Origin: Candidatus Poribacteria bacterium
GTDB lineage: Bacteria > Poribacteria > WGA-4E > PCPOR2b
DNA: 64,000 bases
Reading direction: 5' to 3'
NCBI GenBank assembly: GCA_965198175.1
Contig: OZ240245.1
Location: forward strand, 3,040,001 to 3,104,000
Part shown: positions 49,319 through 60,187 of the stretch, in pieces
Position numbering within the stretch: the stretch's first letter is position 1
Layout of the letters: each line of letters starts with the position of its first letter
The notes under the pieces: generated by a model
Seen by the model: the letters and a program-made list of their open reading frames with translations, nothing else
What the model was told of the DNA's origin: nothing
Database searches by the model: none
Translations under genes and position numbers: made by a program

Positions 49319-50182
49319 TTAGTCTATCCCAATCAGCATGTCCGCGACAGACAGAGCCATGAGCACCAAACTCACTATCCCATTCAGAGTGAAGAACGCG
49401 AGGTTTACTCGTGAGAGATTGGTGGGGCTGACGATTGCATGTTCATAGATTAGAAGAATCGTTACGATACCAACGCCAATCAGGTAGAGAACGCCAAGAT
49501 TCGTTAGCAACGTCACACCAATGAGTGCTACAACCATCATAACATGCAGTGTAGTGGATAACTGCAAAGCACGCTCTTTTCCGAAACATGCGGGAATTGA
49601 GAACAGTCCATACGTACGATCAAACTCAAAATCTTGACAAGCATAGATAATGTCAAATCCGCCAATCCAAAGTAGTACTGCCAAACCGAGCAACATCGGC
49701 GGCCAATCAAGTTCTCCTTTGATGGCAATCCATGTGCCAATCGGGGCGATGGAGATTGATAGTCCGAGCCAGAAATGAGAGAGAAAAGTCCACCGTTTTG
49801 AGTAGGAATACCCCGCGATCACTGCGAGTGCGACTGGTGAAAGCGCAAATGCGAGCGGATTGAGTTTGTACGCAGCGAATACTAACAAGGCGGCAGAAAC
49901 GACAGTAAATACCCACACCGCCCGTTTCGTAATCCTTCCAGCAGGGATAGCTCGTGCGGCTGTCCGCGGATTGACCTCATCGAGGTCAGCATCAGCGAGG
50001 CGGTTGAACGCCATTGCGCAACTTCTCGCCCCGACCATTGCGAGGAGTATCCAACCGATTTTGCCTAACGCAGGGAAACCGTCCGATGCAATGAACGCAC
50101 TCATAATCGCAAACGGAAGCGCGAAGATTGTGTGTTCAAACTTAATCATGTCGAGGATGATTTTGATTTTTCGAAAGACCAC
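49319..50182 (-). CDS. UbiA-family prenyltransferase (MqnP-like)
   Basis: IKFEHTIFALPF, NRLADADLDEVNPRT, YSYSKR, FDIIYACQD. Confidence 0.93.
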   Translation of the reverse strand: MVFRKIKIILDMIKFEHTIFALPFAIMSAFIASDGFPALGKIGWILLAMVGARSCAMAFNRLADADLDEVNPRTAARAIPAGRITKRAVWVFTVVSAALLVFAAYKLNPLAFALSPVALAVIAGYSYSKRWTFLSHFWLGLSISIAPIGTWIAIKGELDWPPMLLGLAVLLWIGGFDIIYACQDFEFDRTYGLFSIPACFGKERALQLSTTLHVMMVVALIGVTLLTNLGVLYLIGVGIVTILLIYEHAIVSPTNLSRVNLAFFTLNGIVSLVLMALSVADMLIGID

Positions 50183-50800
50183 TCACTTTTCCTCAGCGCA
50201 AAAAATCGACTCTTCCTTCCATCGCTTAATCAGCTTGGTATCAATATCGAATTGATCCAGCAGTTTTGTGACCACGAAGTTGATTTGGTCGTCGACAGTC
50301 TTGGGAAAGTGGTAGAAACCTGGCATGGCGGGCAGTATACATACCCCGAGTCGTGAGAGCTTCAACATATTTTCGAGATGGATGGAACTGAGCGGTGTGT
50401 CGCGAGGGACAAGCACTAGCTTGCGTCGCTCCTTAATACAGACATCGGCAGCGCGATGAATGAGGTTACGAGAAATTCCAGCAGCGATTGACCCCATTGT
50501 TCCCATACTGCACGGCGCGATTATCATGCCTTCCGTGCGAAAAGAACCGCTCGCAATCGGAGCCGCAATGTCGGATTCGTGGTGATAAACAACTCGATCC
50601 GAGCCGCAATCTAGCAGCGATTCGAGACCAAAATTGTTCAAATCCACACGGATTTGTAGTTCCTCCCACAGTGCCCTTGCACCCGAACTAGAAATTGTCA
50701 AATGAATCTTATACTCCTTGTGCTGCATAAGGATTTTCAGTAACCGTATCCCGTAAACGACGCCGCTAGCGCCCGTAATTCCAACAATCAGACGTTTCAA
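50183..50800 (-). CDS. ubiX: Flavin prenyltransferase UbiX
   Basis: GITGASG, IASGSF, APCSM, RAADVCIKERR, PAMPGFYH. Confidence 0.95.
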   Translation of the reverse strand: MKRLIVGITGASGVVYGIRLLKILMQHKEYKIHLTISSSGARALWEELQIRVDLNNFGLESLLDCGSDRVVYHHESDIAAPIASGSFRTEGMIIAPCSMGTMGSIAAGISRNLIHRAADVCIKERRKLVLVPRDTPLSSIHLENMLKLSRLGVCILPAMPGFYHFPKTVDDQINFVVTKLLDQFDIDTKLIKRWKEESIFCAEEK

Positions 50801-51011
50801 TGGATTCTCCCTTCTGCGGAATTTCGAATCAGTGAAACATACCGTTCAATAGTCAATTTTCTTTCATGTAAAGCAGAGTAAGCGACTTTTCCAAATCCGC
50901 TCGGCAGTGCACCTGTCTCTAACTAGCCGCCGTTATACGCTAGAATGAGGCGTAGAAACTGATTCCACTGGAAGTTGAATCGGGCTTTAAGGAGTGGGAA
51001 TATATCATCCA

Positions 51012-51638
51012 CTAGAGCAGGGACGGTAGTACGCAGATGATTTTTGACTGCAAAGCTTTTGCTAATTTGTGCGTCGAATCGGAAAGCGTTTCCCGCAAAT
51101 AACGAACCTCATTGGCTGTGCCTCGAAGTGGAGGATGCGCATCCGATGAAGAGATTTTTAAATTGACAAAAGTAGGACCTTTTTCATCCAAAATCAGTGG
51201 AAGAGTGCTATCCAGTAGGGAAAGTTGGTCGAACCGATGAATCTTCTCAAATCCCGATCCTCGGGCAACTGTGGCGAAACTAAAGTTTGTACCCCCAGGT
51301 ATCGCTTGATTGCCTGTCACCTCGTACGAATTGTTTTCACACACGAAAAGGTAGTAGTTGTGCGGTAGACTAGTCAATCCCGTAGCCGTTGCAAGAGTGC
51401 CTAAGCTCATCAGCATGCTTCCGTCCCCATTAAGTACCAACACTTTTTTGTCTGGTCTTGCTAGTGCAATCCCTAATGCGAAATCGGCAGCATGTCCCAT
51501 CGCACTACCAACAGAAGCAAAGTCCAGAGTATGATCAGAAATTTTTCCCCACGGGACCACCGATCCCATTGTTGTAATGACGATTTCATCTGTTCTGTGT
51601 TTGGCGATGATTTTCAGGCATTCCTGTTTGTTAAGCAT
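51012..51638 (-). CDS. Thiamine-diphosphate-binding subunit (sulfopyruvate/phosphonopyruvate decarboxylase beta-like)
   Basis: AMGHA, GDGSMLM...ENNSYEVTGNQ ThDP-binding motif; 208 aa. Confidence 0.88.
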   Translation of the reverse strand: MLNKQECLKIIAKHRTDEIVITTMGSVVPWGKISDHTLDFASVGSAMGHAADFALGIALARPDKKVLVLNGDGSMLMSLGTLATATGLTSLPHNYYLFVCENNSYEVTGNQAIPGGTNFSFATVARGSGFEKIHRFDQLSLLDSTLPLILDEKGPTFVNLKISSSDAHPPLRGTANEVRYLRETLSDSTHKLAKALQSKIICVLPSLL

Positions 51639-51720
51639 AGTCAGCCCCTTGGAATTGATGGTCAGAAGGCTGAAGTCCAGTTTTCAATCTTCAATTTCAC
51701 TCACCTCTCCATCGCTTGCT

Positions 51721-53274
51721 TCACCTCGTTGGTGACTCGGGTAAAAATTTGATAACCGGCGGGGATCGGAAGTCGGCTGCCGTAAACTGAATATATTGAT
51801 TAGCTTCCTCCTGAATCTTCATTTCACCCGTTCTCCAAACACACGAAAAACGATACACAAGCTTGGCGTTATCAGATGGGTTCATTAGCACGGCATAGGT
51901 GTTCGTATTGGGTCCCGTTGAGACCAATTCTTGAAATGTCTCCAGTCGATTCACCGGAAAAATCACGCCCATATCAAGTTTGCTTGGCGGTGATGTGAGT
52001 GCTGGTTGATTCCGAGTCCAAAGCCAACCTTCCGTTGCATTTTTATCCAGGCGGTATCCGTCATTCGGAACACCGGTTGCGATACAATATCTGGATGTTA
52101 GCCCTGGCGCCTGAATGTGATGTTCTCCCCATTGGTGGCCCGCATAAATCATAATTGTTGACGTCAACTGGATCGTTCCTGCATCCAGGCGCCAATTGGG
52201 CATTATCCGCTGTACGACAGATCGAACTGGACCATCGGCAAGCACTCGTACATAGTCATCTGCATCGGCAGGTGAGACAAGTTCTTGATTGATTTTGTCC
52301 CAAAGCGCAAAGCCGCCGCAACCAATTAACCCATGTGAAGGAATAAGTGGGGTCATGATGTCTTCTTCAGCCTCCGAATTACTCCCAATCGGATCAATAA
52401 ACCGATCGATGGATAATTCCTTCGATTTGTAAACATTAAGCTGATTTGCCTCTTTCCGGACAGAGAATTTCTGTTTATTTGTCCGATCGATTATAAGCCA
52501 ATTACTATCCGGCGTTTGAACTTCAACTGTGATATTCTGAGATAGCCCCAAGCCATTATTTACAAATGATTGGTGTAACTCTGCTGAAATTGAATTGCGA
52601 TAATCCAACTCACTCTGGAAGTGCGGCTCAATGTCAAACAGCAGCTTTTCCCGCTTGCCGTAGGCTTGAATTGAACCGTTGGCATTCAGAACATAGGCGA
52701 TTAACTCAGATTCCAACGCTGCGAATCCATCGAATTCTGGAAAAATGCCGGATCTTGTTCGCTTTGGAAATTCAAGTGTTATAGGCATTTGGTAATTTGG
52801 GGCATATCGGATAGAAACCTCTTTTGTTTCCCGAGGCGCGAGATCTACGAGAAAAATCAATTCATCTTTTTGACCATCATAGTTCATATCGTCTACTTGA
52901 CTATGAATTTCAGCTCTTTGCTGACCAGAATTCACCAAGTAGGCATCAAATGAAAAGTCAGAAGCAACAGACCTAAGCTCTTGAAGCGTAAGCACAATGG
53001 GAACGTTTAGGCGTTCTATTGGCAACGTATTCTGAATTGTGAGTTTTATTTGTGGAGGGGTACGATTCTTGCCAGAGAAATCACAACCGATCGAACTCCA
53101 CAGCCAAATCCCAAGGAGGAGAAAATAATAGGGAAGTCCGTCAGAAATGTGAAAATTCAAATGCTGACGCAGATTAGCTTGTTGTTTCCGATTCAACCAC
53201 AGGTCAATCAAACTAGACATCTCCTTGATCCGTTTAGCGGGCTTAATTCTATCACAAGAGCCGGGAACTGCCAA
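51721..53274 (-). CDS. DUF4861-like protein, probable lipoprotein (true start likely downstream)
   Basis: QVDDMNYDGQKDELIF, ESELIAY, GCGG and GPVRS motifs; lipobox-like SIGC. Confidence 0.7.
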   Translation of the reverse strand: MAVPGSCDRIKPAKRIKEMSSLIDLWLNRKQQANLRQHLNFHISDGLPYYFLLLGIWLWSSIGCDFSGKNRTPPQIKLTIQNTLPIERLNVPIVLTLQELRSVASDFSFDAYLVNSGQQRAEIHSQVDDMNYDGQKDELIFLVDLAPRETKEVSIRYAPNYQMPITLEFPKRTRSGIFPEFDGFAALESELIAYVLNANGSIQAYGKREKLLFDIEPHFQSELDYRNSISAELHQSFVNNGLGLSQNITVEVQTPDSNWLIIDRTNKQKFSVRKEANQLNVYKSKELSIDRFIDPIGSNSEAEEDIMTPLIPSHGLIGCGGFALWDKINQELVSPADADDYVRVLADGPVRSVVQRIMPNWRLDAGTIQLTSTIMIYAGHQWGEHHIQAPGLTSRYCIATGVPNDGYRLDKNATEGWLWTRNQPALTSPPSKLDMGVIFPVNRLETFQELVSTGPNTNTYAVLMNPSDNAKLVYRFSCVWRTGEMKIQEEANQYIQFTAADFRSPPVIKFLPESPTR

Positions 53275-53905
53275 ATGAAAAATCCCTTATAGCGAAGTGC
53301 GGGTCAGCAATTCACATTTCAATCTCTACGACCTTCTGACAGACTAAACCTCTCAGGCGTTTTTAATAACGTTACTTAGTGATGTTGTTTTAAACTAACT
53401 CCCCAGCGCTTTCACGGCATGATTGAGCACAATCTCGCAGCAGAAACGACTCTGTGAGTTGCCCTGTCCTAAGATGGATCTTTACAAAGGCTGTCAAAGT
53501 CGAGGATGAAACGGACAGTCCATTTAGATGAAAGTAGAGGGTAGATGGGCGCTGGCAAATAAGGTAAAAGGTAAGATGTGGAGATTCAGAAGCAAGAAAG
53601 ACTACAGCACAGAAAAGGATGAAACAAGCTAGGAGCAAGATGCTGAGTAGATGTGACGCTTCTGATTTATACGCTTGTGTGGCGTTTTATACTAACCTTG
53701 ACAACTTTTCGAAATTCTGGAGAACATGTGCCAATCTACCGGAATGAAGAAGTTTATCCAGCTTACTATCACCATTAGAGACGTTAGGGTGTAATGAGCA
53801 TCTGCATCGGCATACGTTCTAGCAAAGAATCGCCACGTCGGAACTTTCATTGGAACCAGGACGATTAATCGATGAAGTTCAAGCGCCTTGGGCCGGCACA
53901 GCCCC

Positions 53906-55030
53906 TCAAGGTAGCAGCTCCAACGCGTAATCTATTTCCGCTTCCGAGTTGTAGAAATGTGGAGACAAACGCACCCCACCACGTTCCGCACAAATCACGT
54001 TTTCATGCTGGAATCGGGTGCAAAGTTCAGTTGCTGAGTATCGATCGCTTTGAAAGAGGACAATTCCGGATCGTTTGGATTCGATGTTTGGCGTTATGAT
54101 TCTATACCCCTTGGATTGAAGTCCTTCGATGAGTCGCCTCGTCAGATTCAATACTCGCGCTTCGATTCTTACAACGCCAATCTCCAACAACAGTTCAATC
54201 GCTGCTCGCAGTCCATGTAATCCAACGCTGTTGTAGGATCCTTCCTCAAACCTCGTTGCGTCAGGTTTCGGTGTGAAATCGTAATTTAGGAAATCCCTGG
54301 GGTTGACCACGCTTGCCCAGCCGACATTTGTGTTGATTAACCTATCCTGTTTCTCCCTCGCGCAGTAGAAAATCGCCGCGCCTTCGGGAGCAAGTAACCA
54401 TTTGTGTCCATCCGCCGCAAAAATGTCGATGTTGCAAGCATTCACATCTAGATCGATCACTCCAAGGCTTTGAATCGCGTCCACAACAAACCAGATACCT
54501 TTCTTGCGACAAATTTCACCAATTGCTGCAATATCGTTCCGAAACCCTGACGCAAACTCAACATGGCTGATTGTTACGACACGGGTACGCGCATCAATTG
54601 CCGCCTCAATCTCCTCGGTCAAAATCTGCCCCCCTCTCTCTTGCACCATCCGCATCTCTACACCGTAACGCTCCTTCAAGCTCCACCAAGGGTATACGTT
54701 AGCGGGAAATTCAACTGCTGTCGTCACAATGTTATCGAACTGGTGCCAATCTATCCCGTTCGCGGCGATGATGAGCCCTTGCGTCGTGTTTTTCATGAAC
54801 GCAATTTCGCTTGGATCGGCATTGATTAGTTGCGCAGCAGAATGACGGCACGCCTCAACCGTCGCTGTCCAGCTAGCTGCGTTGACCCCACCGTTATCGG
54901 CGGCATCGTTCAAGAAATCTTGCATCGCGTCTCGCGCACGCAGCGACAACGGTGACACGCCGGCGTGGTTCAGGTAGATATATTTTTGCGTTACCGGAAA
55001 CTGTTCTCGCCATTGCATCCAGCTGCTCAT
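53906..55030 (-). CDS. Class V PLP-dependent aminotransferase (cysteine desulfurase / selenocysteine lyase-like fold)
   Basis: YLNHAG, VDAIQSLG, DGHKWLL (PLP Lys), VRLSPHFYN. Confidence 0.92.
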   Translation of the reverse strand: MSSWMQWREQFPVTQKYIYLNHAGVSPLSLRARDAMQDFLNDAADNGGVNAASWTATVEACRHSAAQLINADPSEIAFMKNTTQGLIIAANGIDWHQFDNIVTTAVEFPANVYPWWSLKERYGVEMRMVQERGGQILTEEIEAAIDARTRVVTISHVEFASGFRNDIAAIGEICRKKGIWFVVDAIQSLGVIDLDVNACNIDIFAADGHKWLLAPEGAAIFYCAREKQDRLINTNVGWASVVNPRDFLNYDFTPKPDATRFEEGSYNSVGLHGLRAAIELLLEIGVVRIEARVLNLTRRLIEGLQSKGYRIITPNIESKRSGIVLFQSDRYSATELCTRFQHENVICAERGGVRLSPHFYNSEAEIDYALELLP

Positions 55031-57819
55031 GGACGACTTTCCCCATGCGGATTCTCACCGATTGGCAGTGCACCCCGATATGGCCCTGCAATTGCGATAC
55101 TGCACTCATCAGGGCAAAGATATTTCTGGGCGACAGCATTGACCTTATCTCGAGTAATGCTGCGGTAAATGGATTCATGCCTAGCGGGGTAGTCTAGACC
55201 CAACCCATATAGCTCTGCCAACAACAGCACAGCGATGATTCCCCTATTGGTTTCCAACGTCAACGCAAAATTTCCGACAATCAGATTCTTAGCGTCTGCA
55301 TGTTCCTGCTCTGTAATGCCGTCAGATGCGATGAGTTCGAGTTCGTTAAGAATACTCTGAATTGCTTTATCGACGTTTTCCGAATTAACTCCTGCGCTAG
55401 CATGGAAAAGCCCCTCACCAAACATCGGGCTAAATGAACTCCACACGCTATATGCTAGCCCTTGAACATCGCGGACACGACCAAACAGACGGGCAATTCC
55501 CGCACTACCTCCGAGTACGCGGTTCATGAGATCAAAGGCGTAAAAATCTGAATTTGTGCGTGCAATCCCCTTATGTCCTAACTCGATACTCACTTGAGAT
55601 TTGTCCATCATCGGTTTGATGGCGATCTTTTTTTCACGATATTCTACCGGTGGAATTCTGAAGAGCGGCTTTTCGCCAATTGCCATCCAATTCCCCATTG
55701 CAGCATCAATTTTTTCGATAATCTCCTGTGTATCCACATCGCCAACAATCGCCAGAATCAGCGAATCGGGTCGATAATAGCAGGCGTGGAAGTCAATCAG
55801 AACATCCCGCTGTATCTTCTGAATGGATTCCTCGGTTCCATGTACGCACTGGTGATACGGGTGTTCTTCGGGGAAAACAAGTTCTCGCAGCATCTGGTCG
55901 GCGACATAATCAGTGTCATCTTCCCACGCTTTGAAACAGCTATAAATCTGATGACAGTGTTTCCCAATTTCTGCTTGTGGGAAGTTGGGTGCCCGAAGAA
56001 TGCCATTGAGAATTTTTAGCACACAATCAAAGTCTTTTGACAAAAAGCGTCCATCAATGTTTACCGATTCCGTATTACCCCACACATTTAGGCTCGCGCC
56101 TACAGATTCAATCTCTTCAGCAATCTCTTCCCATGTCCGGTTTTCAGTACCTTTTGTCAGCATATTGGCAACGAAATTTGAACAACCCGGCAAATTCGGC
56201 GGATCATACATTGCGCCAGCTTTTAATCGACCACCAATTGCAACTGTCTTGTTAAAATGATTTTCTTGGATCAGCACGGTCAATCCATTGTCGAATACGT
56301 GGCGGGCAACGGGTAACTCGCCTGAATTGATGGACGGTGGCTGGTGGCTGGTGGGAGTTGAACGATAGGTGTTAAGTGGCATTTCCGGCTTGAAAAAAAA
56401 ACGCGGTTGTGACATGCGATACATGGCTTTCACCTCCGCTACTCCGCGAGCGGATAAATTGCCGGACGCACCAAAATTTCTGGGCGAAATCGGTCGGAAA
56501 TGTCCGACCGTGCGGTTATCTTCGGTGAGATATTTCTGCGCTGCCTCACGGATTTGTTCGCCAGTAACAGATTGTATCCTCTCAAGATACGTATCAAGGA
56601 ATTTATGAGAAAGCACAGTTTCGTAGTAACCAATCCGAGCTGCCTGCTCAGAAACGCTATCGAGCGAAAAAAGGAACTGCGCTTCCGTTTGATTGATCGC
56701 TCTCTCTAACTCTGCCCCGGTAACGAGATCATTTTGAACGCGGTCGATTAGTTCTAGCATAGCTGCTTCGAGTGTTTCCGAAGTGACATCAGCTTGAGCC
56801 TCTGCAAATGCCCAAGCAAGTCCCGCATCCTTGGAGAATCCCGCTTCCAAATCTGCAGATGTTGCAAGTTGCTTGTCTACCAGGGCACGATAAAGACGTG
56901 ATGATTTTCCAGAACTCATGATTGTGCCAAGAACCTCCAGCGGATAGAGATCTGAATGCCCTGCGGCTGGAATGTGATAAGCAATTGCAACATAAGCGAT
57001 ATGCCCCTCTTTACGAACAGTGACACGTCTTTCCCCCTGCTGCTTCGGCTCAATTGTTGAGGGGCCAGGAACCGATTCGCCGGGTGGCAGGGAGCCGAAA
57101 TGCGCTTCGACCTGCTTAATCAGCGATGACGTATTAAAGTCGCCGACAACGATAAGCGTTGCGTTGTTTGGGCTGTAGTGTTGGCGATAGTAATCGTAAA
57201 GATCTTCACGGGTCATCGATTTGAGATCTGAAGCCCAACCAATCACTCCCCATTGATACGGGTGCGTCTTATATGCGGCAGCCTGCACTTCCTCCCATAA
57301 AACGTACTGGGGTGAATTTTCCGAGCCTTCACGCTCTGAAAGGATAACTGTCCGTTCGGCTTCAACCTCATCGGGATCAAAAACGCTGTTTTGCATGCGA
57401 TCTGCTTCCAGAGTAAGTCCAACTGAGATTTTGTCTGCAGGCAGTGTTTCATAATAGGCGGTGAAATCGGCGCTCGTAAACCCGTTCCACCTGCCACCGT
57501 TGCCTTCTATCAGCCTTTTAAGTTTATTTTTTGGGAAATTCGGCGTCCCCTTAAATAGCATGTGTTCTACCCAATGAGAAACGCCAGTCATGCCTAAGCG
57601 TTCATTACGGGATCCCACCTTGTACCAAATATAAGTGCTGATGACCGGAGCCGTGTGTACTTCCTTGGTTAACACTGTTAACCCGTTCAATAACTCATGT
57701 TCGTTAATTTCATCGCTGTGTCCGGACATTTCTGTGGTAATGGGATTTGGCGAGTGGGTATCGGGATTTCCAATCTGTTGCGCCAATGGTAACTTCCTCC
57801 AATGTATTGAACCCTTCAA
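55027..57819 (-). CDS. M16 zinc peptidase, two-subunit fusion
   Basis: HWVEH inverted zinc motif in the N half; non-catalytic C half; linker between. Confidence 0.93.
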   Translation of the reverse strand: MKGSIHWRKLPLAQQIGNPDTHSPNPITTEMSGHSDEINEHELLNGLTVLTKEVHTAPVISTYIWYKVGSRNERLGMTGVSHWVEHMLFKGTPNFPKNKLKRLIEGNGGRWNGFTSADFTAYYETLPADKISVGLTLEADRMQNSVFDPDEVEAERTVILSEREGSENSPQYVLWEEVQAAAYKTHPYQWGVIGWASDLKSMTREDLYDYYRQHYSPNNATLIVVGDFNTSSLIKQVEAHFGSLPPGESVPGPSTIEPKQQGERRVTVRKEGHIAYVAIAYHIPAAGHSDLYPLEVLGTIMSSGKSSRLYRALVDKQLATSADLEAGFSKDAGLAWAFAEAQADVTSETLEAAMLELIDRVQNDLVTGAELERAINQTEAQFLFSLDSVSEQAARIGYYETVLSHKFLDTYLERIQSVTGEQIREAAQKYLTEDNRTVGHFRPISPRNFGASGNLSARGVAEVKAMYRMSQPRFFFKPEMPLNTYRSTPTSHQPPSINSGELPVARHVFDNGLTVLIQENHFNKTVAIGGRLKAGAMYDPPNLPGCSNFVANMLTKGTENRTWEEIAEEIESVGASLNVWGNTESVNIDGRFLSKDFDCVLKILNGILRAPNFPQAEIGKHCHQIYSCFKAWEDDTDYVADQMLRELVFPEEHPYHQCVHGTEESIQKIQRDVLIDFHACYYRPDSLILAIVGDVDTQEIIEKIDAAMGNWMAIGEKPLFRIPPVEYREKKIAIKPMMDKSQVSIELGHKGIARTNSDFYAFDLMNRVLGGSAGIARLFGRVRDVQGLAYSVWSSFSPMFGEGLFHASAGVNSENVDKAIQSILNELELIASDGITEQEHADAKNLIVGNFALTLETNRGIIAVLLLAELYGLGLDYPARHESIYRSITRDKVNAVAQKYLCPDECSIAIAGPYRGALPIGENPHGESRP

Positions 57820-58035
57820 AATGTTCTGAACCTCTCAATGGTTCAGTCCCAATTCCTAGGTTTAGATTCGTAGTGAGTAAGTAATCTTTCACTTTACAAC
57901 TTTTCAATCGTGTGTCCCGTCTTCGATGTTTTCCTTACAACCTATTTACTTCCCTCAGACAAAAGCGCCTGAAGTTCGGTATCCCGTATAACGCATCGGA
58001 GCTACAAAATACGCAGTGCAACTTATACGGCTTTC

Positions 58036-58725
58036 CTACGAACTTTCAAACCGTGTTTCATGTCGAATCTGGTACACTGCTCGGTAGATTTTACGCCCCT
58101 CTGCAAGGTACTTTATCTCAAAGCTCGTTGGAACATGTTCTGCTTCAACTGAGTCAAACGGCACAGAGACTAAAGATGGCAATCGATTTAGTCTTTGACA
58201 AATCTCGGAGAAACACTCATCATAATCGGTAGCGAGTTGGATGCAGCCCTCATTCGGATCGAGAGTCCGAAGTAGACCTTTAGTGAGAAGTTCGTTGTTA
58301 AAGATTCGGCGTTTGTGCTGACGTTTCTTCGGCCAAGGATCCGGAAAGTAGATATGATAGGTCTTGACCGAGCTCCACGCAACATAGCGATCGACAAAAT
58401 AGGACGCGTCGCTCCAGACGAGAAGCGCCCTCGTAACGTTATGTTTCAGTAGGTGTTCCTTTGTTCGCTGAACATATTTTGGGGCTCTCTCTATACCAAC
58501 ATAGTTAATATCGGGATGTTGCGTTGCGGATTCGCGCAGGAAACGTCCCTTGCCACACCCAATTTCGATTTCGACGGGATTTTCATTCCCAAAGACCTCT
58601 CTCCAATCGAGTGGAGGGTCAATATCTTTCAGATTAATTTCAGTGTTTTCCCTGAGATTGATTATCCTTGATTCGACTTGAGTGAATTTGTAATATGTGT
58701 CATTATAGCGCGGTTCAGCGATCAT
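58036..58725 (-). CDS. trmB: tRNA (guanine-N7)-methyltransferase
   Basis: EIGCGKG, YFPDPWPKKRQHKRR, LATD, TSFEIKY. Confidence 0.95.
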   Translation of the reverse strand: MIAEPRYNDTYYKFTQVESRIINLRENTEINLKDIDPPLDWREVFGNENPVEIEIGCGKGRFLRESATQHPDINYVGIERAPKYVQRTKEHLLKHNVTRALLVWSDASYFVDRYVAWSSVKTYHIYFPDPWPKKRQHKRRIFNNELLTKGLLRTLDPNEGCIQLATDYDECFSEICQRLNRLPSLVSVPFDSVEAEHVPTSFEIKYLAEGRKIYRAVYQIRHETRFESS

Positions 58726-58837
58726 CCCTTAAATGTAGTATTCAATTAAATGTCTTCGTATTTGTTCGTATTTGTAGGTATCGGCATACTTTCAAGCATC
58801 GTTCCCGGGCCCGGTCTTTGGCTCATGGCATTCCTTG

Positions 58838-59116
58838 TCAGGTGTTCGTATCTCCATCCTTCGTTGAAGCGATATCTGCTGCGGTTTCCTTAATCGCCTG
58901 TTCGAGTGCATTGACACGGAGTTCCAGAGAATCCTCAAGCTGTTTAAGATGGAGCAGCCACGACTCTCTTGAGGTGTTTTCATCTGTACCAAATCCGTTT
59001 GTCTGGGATAGGCGAATATATTTTAACCGTTCCTCCTGTAACGTCTTTAACTGTCCTTCGTAGTCCTCGATTCCAGTTTGAAGTAAAATGACTAGTTCAC
59101 GAATCTTTTCCAACAC
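58838..59116 (-). CDS. Small coiled-coil hypothetical protein
   Basis: AAGGAG RBS before GTG; heptad-like amphipathic helices. Confidence 0.75.
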   Translation of the reverse strand: MLEKIRELVILLQTGIEDYEGQLKTLQEERLKYIRLSQTNGFGTDENTSRESWLLHLKQLEDSLELRVNALEQAIKETAADIASTKDGDTNT

Positions 59117-59223
59117 ATCAGTCTCCTTATTGACTGGAGTATGATTGAATCTTCACAAGGCTAACATTATCTCATATTGACTTGTTCGATGCAATGTTAA
59201 TCCGCCATTACGCTTTCCGTCAC

Positions 59224-59252
59224 TTGACAGCTCAGGATGACTGTGGTATGCT
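59224..59252 (+). promoter_or_regulatory. Sigma70 promoter
   Basis: TTGACA-17 nt-TATGCT with TGn extension. Confidence 0.65.
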
Positions 59253-59381
59253 AACGTTCAATGCTTGAGTCACCTGCGCCTTGCTGCAACTCTACACAGG
59301 TAGAAGACGCGCTGTATCATCCAAGCGGCACATCAAGGCTAAAGGGATTATGTTGTTATGACAACCGATAGGAGGTGAAAT

Positions 59382-59858
59382 ATGCGAAGAGCCCAAACGT
59401 GCTTCTTCGTCAGTTTACTCATATCAATCACTGCGTGCACCGCGTTGGTTGGAATGTGGGCGTGGGCACAAAAGGCAGAGGAAGCAACTGAAAGCAGAGG
59501 AATAACCTTAGCAGACCTTGGGGTAACAACCGAACAAACGGAGCAAATCAAAGCTCTGTGGGAACTCAAACGTCAAAATCACATTCAGGCAATCGAAAAC
59601 CTACGCCGGCTAAATCGACTAGCGAAGGCTTTAATCGTATCAGATGATGAAATTAGAGAAACGCTGGAAAAATTCCGTCAGAATCTTTTGGACCAAGAGC
59701 AGAAGATTAAGTCAGCTGAAGAAAAACTCATCGAAGATTTACCCTCTCGGGCACAATTGCACTTAACCATCTTGGGGGTGTTAGAAAACGGATTAGCGCC
59801 CCGGCGCTTTGGGACAACATCACCAAAAGATAAGAAAAGAGATGGTGTCGGAAAATGA
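59382..59858 (+). CDS. Exported helical protein, Spy/CpxP-like
   Basis: AGGAGG RBS; signal peptide; LGVTTEQTEQIK motif and helical hairpin. Confidence 0.75.
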   Translation: MRRAQTCFFVSLLISITACTALVGMWAWAQKAEEATESRGITLADLGVTTEQTEQIKALWELKRQNHIQAIENLRRLNRLAKALIVSDDEIRETLEKFRQNLLDQEQKIKSAEEKLIEDLPSRAQLHLTILGVLENGLAPRRFGTTSPKDKKRDGVGK

Positions 59859-59908
59859 TGCCAACGGTCAAAGGAAAATAGGCAGAACAAAAGTGGTGGG
59901 TAAAAAAA

Positions 59909-59984
<76 letters not shown>

Positions 59985-60187
59985 ACTGTAAACAAGAGAG
60001 ATTTTAACATCCTCATTCTTGAAACGCAAGGAAAAATTTGCAATCTTTTTTGCGACACTGTGCCTAAATCCGCGCCGATTTACCGGGGTGTGAATCACAA
60101 GCAATAACGGTCTCCAAATTTGGGCTATTAAGCAAGAAATTGTGTCTAACTTACCGATTCAGACATTGGGGGCGAGAATAGACATAA

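Noticed and set aside
53640..53813. Imperfect inverted repeat ATGCTGAGTAGATG / CATCTGCATCGGCAT bounding ~170 bp
   Set aside because: Needs a gap and mismatches, occurs once and has no clear target duplication
53906..55030. Selenocysteine lyase linked to the candidate selenoprotein
   Set aside because: It lies 35 kb away and no NifS/SufS catalytic Cys motif is recognisable; only the class V fold is supported
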